Shown here: positions 1-7,749 of the stretch, in pieces
How the letters are laid out: each line of letters begins with the position of its first letter
Numbering within the stretch: position 1 is the stretch's first letter
NCBI RefSeq assembly: GCF_964355755.1
Contig: NC_092680.1
Span: forward strand, 10,912,001 to 10,976,000
From: Antedon mediterranea
Taxonomy: Eukaryota; Animalia; Echinodermata
Direction of reading: 5' to 3'
DNA: 64,000 nt
Translations under genes and position numbers: made by a program
Notes under the pieces: model-generated
The model's input: the letters and a program-made list of their open reading frames with translations, nothing else
Databases searched by the model: none
What the model was told of the DNA's origin: nothing

Positions 1-3000
1 TGTACACTTTGATGTTTTGTGTGAAAAAGTTTTGTCGAAATGCTCAAGATGGTGTAAAACGTTTTTAAATACGATATTAAGCTATTTTGTGATCTTTGAT
101 GTTTTTGTGTGAAAAGTTTTATCGAAATGCTCAAAATGGTCTAAAACGGTTTCTAATGCGATTTGAAGCTATTCTGTACACTTTGAAGTTTTGTGTGAAA
201 AAGTTTTCTCGAAATGCTCAAAATGGTCTAAAACGTTTTTATATACCATATTAAGCTATTTTGTGCACTTTGATGTTTTTTGTGAAAAGTTTTATCGAAA
301 TGCTCAAAATGGTCTAAAACGGTTTCTATTGTGATTTTAAGCACTTTGATGATATTGTGTAACCAAGTTTCATTGAAATGTACGAATTGGTCTAAAACGT
401 CTCCAAATGCGATTTGAAGCTATTCTAAGTACTTTTGTGTTTTTATGTTAACAAGTTTTTTCGAAAATCACAAAATGGTCTAAAACGTCTTCAAATGCGA
501 TTTGAAGCTATTCTCTACACTTTGATGTTTTGTGTGAAAAAGTTTTCTCGAAATGTTCAAAATGGTCTAAAACGTTTTTAAATACGATATTAAGCTATTT
601 TGTGATCTTTGATGTTTTTGTGTGAAAAGTTTTATCGAAATGCTCAAAATGGTCTAAAACGGTTTCTAATGCGATTTGAAGCTATTCTGTACACTTTTAA
701 GTTTTGTGTGAAAGAGTTTTCTCGAAATGCTCAAAATGGTCTAAAACGTTTTTATATACCATATTAAGCTATTTTGTGCACTTTGATGTTTTTTGTGAAA
801 AGTTTTATCGAAATGCTCAAAATGGTCTAAAATGGTTTCTATTGTGATTTTAAGCACTTTGATGATTTTGTGTAACCAAGTTTCATTGAAATGTACAACA
901 TGGTCTAAAACGTCTCCAAATGCGATTTGAAGCTATTCTAAGTACTTTTGTGTTTTTATGTTAACAAGTTTATTCGAAAATCACAAAATGGTCTAAAACG
1001 TCTTCAAATGCGATTTGAAGCTATTCTGTACACTTTGATGTTTTGTGTGAAAAAGTTTTGTCGAAATGCTCAAAATGGTCTAAAACGTTTTTAAATACGA
1101 TATTAAGCTATTTTGTGATCTTTGATGTTTTTGTGTGAAAAGTTTTATCGAAATGCTCAAAATGGTCTAAAACGGTTTCTAATGCGATTTGAAGCTATTC
1201 TGTACACTTTGAAGTTTTGTGTGAAAAAGTTTTCTCGAAATGCTCAAAATGGTCTAAAACGTTTTTATATACCATATTAAGCTATTTTGTGCACTTTGAT
1301 GTTTTTTGTGAAAAGTTTTATCGAAATGCTCAAAATGGTCTAAAACGGTTTCTATTGTGATTTTAAGCACTTTGATGATTTTGTGTAACCAAGTTTCATC
1401 GAAATGTACAAAATGGTCTAAAACGTCTCCAAATGCGATTTGAAGCTATTCTAAGTACTTTTGTGTTTTTATGTTAACAAGTTTTTTCGAAAATCACAAA
1501 ATGGTCTAAAACGTCTTCAAATGCGATTTGAAGCTATTCTGTACACTTTGATGTTTTGTGTGAAAAAGTTTTGTCGAAATGCTCAAAATGGTCTAAAACG
1601 TTTTTAAATACGATATTAAGCTATTTTGTGATCTTTGATGTTTTTGTGTGAAAATTTTTATCGAAATGCTCAAAATCGTCTAAAACGGTTTCTAATGCGA
1701 TTTGAAGCTATTCTGTACACTTTGAAGTTTTGTGTGAAAAAGTTTTCTTGAAATGCTCAAAATGGTCTAAAACGTTTTTATATACCATATTAAGCTATTT
1801 TGTGCACTTTGATGTTTTTTGTGAAAAGTTTTATCGAAATGCTCAAAATGGTCTAAAACGGTTTCTATTGTGATTTTAAGCACTTTGATGATTTTGTGTA
1901 ACCAAGTTTCATCGAAATGTACCAAATGGTCTAAAACGTCTCCAAATGCGATTTGAAGCTATTCTAAGTACTTTTGTGTTTTTATGTTAACAAGTTTTTT
2001 CGAAAATCACAAAATGGTCTAAAACGTCTTCAAATGCGATTTGAAGCTATTCTGTACACTTTGATGTTTTGTGTGAAAAAGTTTTGTCGAAATGCTCAAA
2101 ATGGTCTAAAACGTTTTTAAATACGATATTAAGCTATTTTGTGATCTTTGATGTTTTTGTGTGAAAAGTTTTATCAAAATGCTCAAAATGGTCTAAAACG
2201 GTTTCTAATGCGATTTGAAGCTATTCTGTACACTTTGAAGTTTTGTGTGAAAAAGTTTTCTCGACATGCTCAAAATGGTCTAAAACGTTTTTATATACCA
2301 TATTAAGCTATTTTGTGCACTTTGATGTTTTTTGTGAAAAGTTTTATCGAAATGCTCGAAATGGTCTAAAACGGTTTCTATTGTGATTTTAAGCACTTTG
2401 ATGATTTTGTGTAACCAAGTTTCATCGAAATGTACAAAATGGTCTAAAACGTCTCCAAATGCGATTTTGAAGCTATTCTAAGTACTTTTGTGTTTTTATG
2501 TTAACAAGTTTTTTCGAAAATCACAAAATGGTCTAAAACGTCTTCAAATGCGATTTGAAGCTATTCTGTACACTTTGATGTTTTGTGTGAAAAAGTTTTG
2601 TCGAAATGCTCAAAATGGTCTAAAACGTTTTTAAATACGATATTAAGCTATTTTGTGATCTTTGATGTTTTTGTGTGAAAAGTTTTATCGAAATGCTCAA
2701 AATGGTCTAAAACGGTTTCTAATGCGATTTGAAGCTATTCTGTACACTTTGAAGTTTTGTGTGAAAAAGTCTTCTCGAAATGCTCAAAATGGTCTAAAAC
2801 GTTTTTATATACCATATTAAGCTATTTTGTGCACTTTGATGTTTTTTTGTGAAAAGTTTTATCGAAATGCTCAAAATGGTCTAAAACGGTTTCAATTGTG
2901 ATTTTAAGCACTTTGATGATTTTGTGTAACCAAGTTTCATCGAAATGTACCAAATGGTCTAAAACGTCTCCAAATGCGATTTGAAGCTATTCTAAGTACT

Positions 3001-3489
3001 TTTGTGTTTTTATGTTAACAAGTTTTTTCGAAAATCACAAAATGGTCTAAAACGTCTTCAAATGCGATTTGAAGCTATTCTGTACACTTTGATGTTTTGT
3101 GTGAAAAAGTTTTGTCGAAATGCTCAAAATGGTCTAAAACGTTTTTAAATACGATATTAAGCTATTTTGTGATCTTTGATGTTTTTGTTGAAAAGTTTTA
3201 TCGAAATGCTCAAAATGGTCTAAAACGGTTTCTAATGCGATTTGAAGCATTCTGTACACTTTGAAGTTTTGTGTGAAAAAGTTTTCTCGAAATGCTCAAA
3301 ATGGTCTAAAACGTTTTTATATACCATATTAAGCTATTTTGTGCACTTTGATGTTTTTTGTGAAAAGTTTTATCGAAATGCTCAAAATGGTCTAAAACGG
3401 TTTCTATTGTGATTTTAAGCACTTTGATGATTTTGTGTAACCAAGTTTCATCGAAATGTACAAAATGGTCTAAAACGTCTCCAAATGCG

Positions 3490-4730
3490 ATTTGAAGCTA
3501 TTCTAAGTACTTTTGTGTTTTTATGTACTCATTGATGTTTTGTGTGAAAAAGTTTTGTCGAAATGCTCAAAATGGTCTAAAACGTTTTTAAATACGATAT
3601 TAAGCTATTTTGTCATCTTTGATGTTCTAAAACGTTTTTATATACCATATTAAGCTGTTTTGTGCACTTTGATGTTTTTTGTGAAAAGTTTTATCGAAAT
3701 GCTCAAAATGGTCTAAAACGGTTTCTATTGTGATTTTAAGCACTTTGATGATTTTGTGTAACCAAGTTTCATCGAAATGTACAAAATGGTCTAAAACGTC
3801 TCCAAATGCGATTTGAAGCTATTCTAAGTACTTTTGTGTTTTTATGTTAACAAGTTTTTTCGAAAATCACAAAATGGTCTAAAACGTCTTCAAATGCGAT
3901 TTGAAGCTATTCTGTACACTTTGATGTTTTGTGTGAAAAAGTTTGGTCGAAATGCTCAAAATGGTCTAAAACGTTTTTAAATACGATATTAAGCTATTTT
4001 GGTGATCTTTGATGTTTTTGTGTGAAAAGTTTTATCGAAATGCTCAAAATGGTCTAAAACGGTTTCTAATGCGATTTGAAGCAATTCTGTACACTTTGAA
4101 GTTTTGTGTGAAAAAGTTTTCTCGAAATGCTCAAAATGGTCTAAAACGTTTTTATATACCATATTAAGCTATTTTGTGCACTTTGATGTTTTTTGTGAAA
4201 AGTTTTATCGAAATGCTCAAAATGGTCTAAAACGGTTTCTATTGTGATTTTAAGCACTTTGATGATTTTGTGTAACCAAGTTTCATCGAAATGTACAAAA
4301 TGGTCTAAAACGTCTCCAAATGCGATTTGAAGCTATTCTAAGTACTTTTGTGTTTTTATGTACTCTTTGATGTTTTGTGTGAAAAAGTTTTGTCAAAATG
4401 CTCAAAATGGTCTAAAACGTTTTTAAATACGATATTAAGCTATTTTGTCATCTTTGATGTTCTAAAACGTTTTTATATACCATATTAAGCTATTTTGTGC
4501 ACTTTGATGTTTTTTGTGAAAAGTTTTATCGAAATGCTCAAAATGGTCTAAAACGGTTTCTTTTGTGATTTTAAGCACTTTGATGATTTTGTGTAACCAA
4601 GTTTCATCGAAATGTACAAAATGGCCTAAAACGTCTCCAAATGCGATTTTGAAGCTATTCTAAGTACTTTTGTGTTTTTATGTTAACAAGTTTTTTCGAA
4701 AATCACAAAATGGTCTAAAACGTCTTCAAA
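3490..4730 (+). repeat. Local 835-bp-period duplication carrying two private deletions (boundaries approximate)
   Basis: Junction TTATGTACTC is at 3521 and 4356. Junction TGTCATCTTTGATGTTCTAAAACG is at 3611 and 4446. Both offsets are 835. Confidence 0.85.
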
Positions 4731-4975
4731 TGCGATTTGAAGCTATTCTGTACACTTTGATGTTTTGTGTGAAAAAGTTTTCTCGAAATGCTCAAGATGG
4801 TCTAAAACGTTTTTATATACCATATTAAGCTATTTTGTGCACTTTGATGTTTTTTGTGAAAAGTTTTATCGAAATGCTCAAAATGGTCTAAAACGGTTTC
4901 TATTGTGATTTTAAGCACTTTGATGATTTTGTGTAACCAAGTTTCATCGAAATGTACAAAATGGTCTAAAACGTC

Positions 4976-4983
4976 TCCAAATG
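4976..4983 (+). other. Left target-site duplication TCCAAATG
   Basis: Uninterrupted monomers read CGTCTCCAAATGCGATTTG. Here CGTC-TCCAAATG precedes the insert and TCCAAATG-CGATTTG follows it. Confidence 0.93.
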
Positions 4984-6100
4984 GGGTATTGCTAAACCCC
5001 GCAAACCCCGCAAACCCCGCAAACCCCCGCAAACCTCCAAAAAAACATAGCAAACCCCACCGCACCAACATAAAAGTGATTGAATCATGTAGTGTACGAC
5101 CCACTGGGTATATCCATGTAAAAAAATTATTAAATTTCTACTGTTAACTACTTATTTTTGGGGTAAAACATCATTTTTTAGTAAAAAATGATTGCTAAAT
5201 CCCGCCAACCTCCTAAAAAACATAGCAAACCCCACCGAACCAACATAAAAGTGATTGAATCATGTAGTGTACGACCCACTGGGTATATCCATGTAAAAAA
5301 AATATTAAATTTCTACTGTTAACTACTTATTTTTGGGGTAAAACATCATTTTTTAGTAAAAAATGATTGCTAAACCCCGCAAACCTCCAAAAAAACATAG
5401 CAAACCTCATCGAACCAACATAAAAGTGATTGAATCATGTGGTGTATGCCCCACTGGATATACCCATGTAAAAAAAATATTAAATTTCTACTGTTAACTA
5501 CTTATTTTTGGGTAAAACATCATTTTTTAGTAAAAAATGATTGCTAAACCCCGCAAACCTAAAAAAAAACATAGCAAACCTCACCGAACCAACATAAAAG
5601 TGATTGAATCATGTAGTGACGACCCACTGGGTATATCCATGTAAAAAAAATATAAAATTTCTACTGTTAACTACTTATTTTTGGGGTAAAACATCATTTT
5701 TTGGTCAAAAATGATTGCTAAACCCCGCAAACCTCCAAAAAAACATGGCAAACCCCACCGAACCAACATAAAAGTGATTGAATCATGTAGTGTACGACAC
5801 ACTGGGTATATCCATGTAAAAAAATTATTAAATTTCTACTGTTAACTACTTATTTTTGGGGTAAAACATCATTTTTTAGTAAAAAATGATTGCTAAACCC
5901 CGCAAACCTCCAAAACAATATAGCAAACCCCACCGAACCAACATCAAAGTGATTGAATCATGTAGTATACGACCCACTGGGTATATCCATGTAAAAAAAA
6001 TATTAAATTTCTACTGTTAACTACTTATTTTTGGAGTAAAACATCATTTTTTAGTAAAAAATGATTGCTAAACCCCACAAACCTCCAAAAAAACATAGCA
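4984..6100 (+). repeat. Left inverted arm: 6 full ~175-bp units plus a 36-bp partial unit
   Basis: TTGCTAAA recurs at 4989, 5192, 5367, 5541, 5715, 5890 and 6065. Similarity stops after AAACATAGCA at 6100. Confidence 0.95.
4994..5030 (+). repeat. Subterminal (AAACCCCGC)4 minirepeat, left
   Basis: Four tandem 9-mers, the fourth with an extra C. Internal units carry only one copy. Confidence 0.95.
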
Positions 6101-6310
6101 GAAGTGGACCAACTGAAATGGAGCGGTATGTCAGAAGATGAACGAAACAATCATTACAAAAAGTATAAAGTATATCAGCCTAAAGACAAGACTCAAATAT
6201 CAAGGTCCACCAACGGTAAATTTGCAACTGTTAATCCATCATCAAACAGTGGGAAGAAAAAAAACCAAATTCATTCTAAGCGTGCTCATAAAACAATGAG
6301 GAAACCATAA
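6101..6310 (+). pseudogene. 5'-truncated coding remnant, probably the basic C-terminus of the element's transposase
   Basis: 69 open codons (EVDQLKWSGMSEDERNNHYKKY...STNGKFATVNPSSNSGKKKNQIHSKRAHKTMRKP*) begin exactly at the left-arm junction. They are non-repetitive with a K/R-rich NLS-like tail. No catalytic motif is visible, so the identity is inferred from position. Confidence 0.5.
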
Positions 6311-6485
6311 TCAAAGTCCATGTATATTGTAAAAAAAATGAACCAAAATATTAAATGTTGATGGCATTGATTATAAAGCAAACAGAGTTTTTTCAGATTT
6401 TTTTCTTTTTGTATTGTCATTTTTCTGTCATAAAGTCAAACACACTTTTTTAATGATAAAAACAGAACATTTTCAGGTGTCACAT

Positions 6486-6491
6486 AATAAA
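6486..6491 (+). promoter_or_regulatory. Putative polyadenylation signal AATAAA
   Basis: It lies ~175 bp after the remnant's stop codon and 8 bp before the right arm. An AT-rich context makes a chance match possible. Confidence 0.35.
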
Positions 6492-6499
6492 GTATAAGT

Positions 6500-7644
6500 A
6501 TCACTTTTATGTTGGTTCGGTGGGGTTTGCTATGTTGTTTTGGAGGTTTGCGGGGTTTAGCAATCATTTTTGACCAAAAAAATGATGTTTTACCCCAAAA
6601 ATAAGTAGTCAACAGTACAAAATTTAATATTTTTTTTACATGGATATACCCAGTTGGTTGTACACTACATTATTCAATCACTTTTATGTTGGTTCGGTGG
6701 GGTTTGCTATGTTTTTTTGGAGGTTTGCGGGGTTTAGCAATCATTTTTGACCAAAAAATGATGTTTTACTCCACAAATAAGTAGTTAACAGTAGAAATTT
6801 AATAATTTTTTTACATGGATATACCCAGTGGGTCGTACACTACATGATTCAATCACTTTTATGTTGGTTCGGTGGGGTTTGCCATGTTTTTTTGGAGGTT
6901 TGCGGGGTTTAGCAATCATTTTTGACCAAAAAATGATGTTTTACCCCAAAAATAAGTAGTAACAGTAGAAATTTTATATTTTTTTACATGGATATACCCA
7001 GTGGGTCGTATACTACATGATTCAATCACTTTTATGTTGGTTCGGTGGGGTTTGCTATGTTGTTTTGGAGGTTTGCGGGGTTTAGCAATCATTTTTTACT
7101 AAAAAATGATGTTTTACCCAAAAATAAGTAGTTAACAGTAGAAATTTAATATTTTTTTTACATGGGTATATCCAGTGGGGCATACACCACATGATTCAAT
7201 CACTTTTATGTTGGTTCGATGAGGTTTGCTATGTTTTTTTGGAGGTTTGCGGGGTTTAGCAATCATTTTTTACTAAAAAATGATGTTTTACCCCAAAAAT
7301 AAGTAGTTAACAGTAGAAATTTAATTTTTTTTTTACATGGATATACCCAGTGGGTCGTACACTACATAATTCAATCACTTTTATGTTGGTTCGGTGGGGT
7401 TTGCTATGTTTTTTTGGAGGTTTGCGGGATTTAGCAATCATTTTTTACTAAAAAATGATGTTTTACCCAAAAATAAGTAGTTAACAGTAGAAATTTAATA
7501 TTTTTTTTACATGGGTATATCCAGTGGGTCGTACACTACATGATTCAATCACTTTTATGTTGGTGCGGTGGGGTTTGCTATGTTTTTTTGGAGGTTTGCG
7601 GGGGTTTGCGGGGTTTGCGGGGTTTGCGGGGTTTAGCAATACCC
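6500..7644 (-). repeat. Right inverted arm: ~63-bp partial unit plus 6 full ~175-bp units
   Basis: It is the reverse complement of the left arm. The CAAT of TTTAGCAAT falls at 6561, 6738, 6913, 7086, 7260, 7435 and 7637. Confidence 0.95.
7598..7634 (-). repeat. Subterminal (GCGGGGTTT)4 minirepeat, right; G-quadruplex consensus
   Basis: GGGGG-TTTGC-GGGG-TTTGC-GGGG-TTTGC-GGGG is the exact reverse complement of 4994-5030. Confidence 0.93.
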
Positions 7645-7652
7645 TCCAAATG
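7645..7652 (+). other. Right target-site duplication TCCAAATG
   Basis: Identical to 4976-4983. The satellite resumes in phase within the same monomer type. Confidence 0.93.
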
Positions 7653-7749
7653 CGATTTGAAGCTATTCTAAGTACTTTTGTGTTTTTATGTTAACAAGTT
7701 TTTTCGAAAATCACAAAATGGTCTAAAACGTCTTCAAATGCGATTTGAA

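Larger units (their letters stand above)
1..4983 (+). repeat. Satellite array, left segment: ~87-bp monomers in a 513-bp 6-mer HOR
   Basis: The ATGGTCTAAAAC anchor recurs at 136, 223, 309, 387 (variant), 475, 562 and 649, giving spacings 87, 86, 78, 88, 87, 87 = 513. The sequence at position 1 recurs at 1027 (2 x 513). Confidence 0.98.
4984..7644. mobile_element. Foldback-like non-autonomous TIR DNA transposon, 2661 bp (Mutator/MULE-like or Merlin-like, unresolved)
   Basis: Termini are GGGTATTGCTAAAC...GTTTAGCAATACCC. The outer 124 bp are a perfect inverted match (4984-5107 vs 7521-7644). It has an 8-bp TSD, arms built of tandem repeats and no complete transposase. Confidence 0.93.

Noticed and set aside
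481-560. CENP-B box or primate alpha satellite
   Set aside because: I found no TTCG-N4-A-N2-CGGG match, and the monomer length and sequence differ from alphoid DNA.
4802-5147. Overlapping ORFs with GFAGFAGFA / NPANPANPA repeats
   Set aside because: They read across the satellite-transposon junction, and the peptide repeat is just the 9-bp DNA repeat.
5192-5366. Homology between the 175-bp arm unit and the 174-bp satellite dimer
   Set aside because: Only the length and trivial motifs (TGTTAAC, A/T runs) are shared, with no alignable similarity by eye.
6065-6100. TTG start making 6065-6310 a complete gene
   Set aside because: The first 12 codons are arm repeat sequence, so the frame is better explained as a truncated remnant.
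4994-7634. Telomere fusion or interstitial telomere
   Set aside because: There are only four copies of a non-canonical 9-mer, embedded in TIRs and bounded by a TSD.
4984-7644. Fold-back read chimera or assembly artefact
   Set aside because: The arms differ at many sites, the core is unique, the flanks keep the same orientation and a TSD is present.
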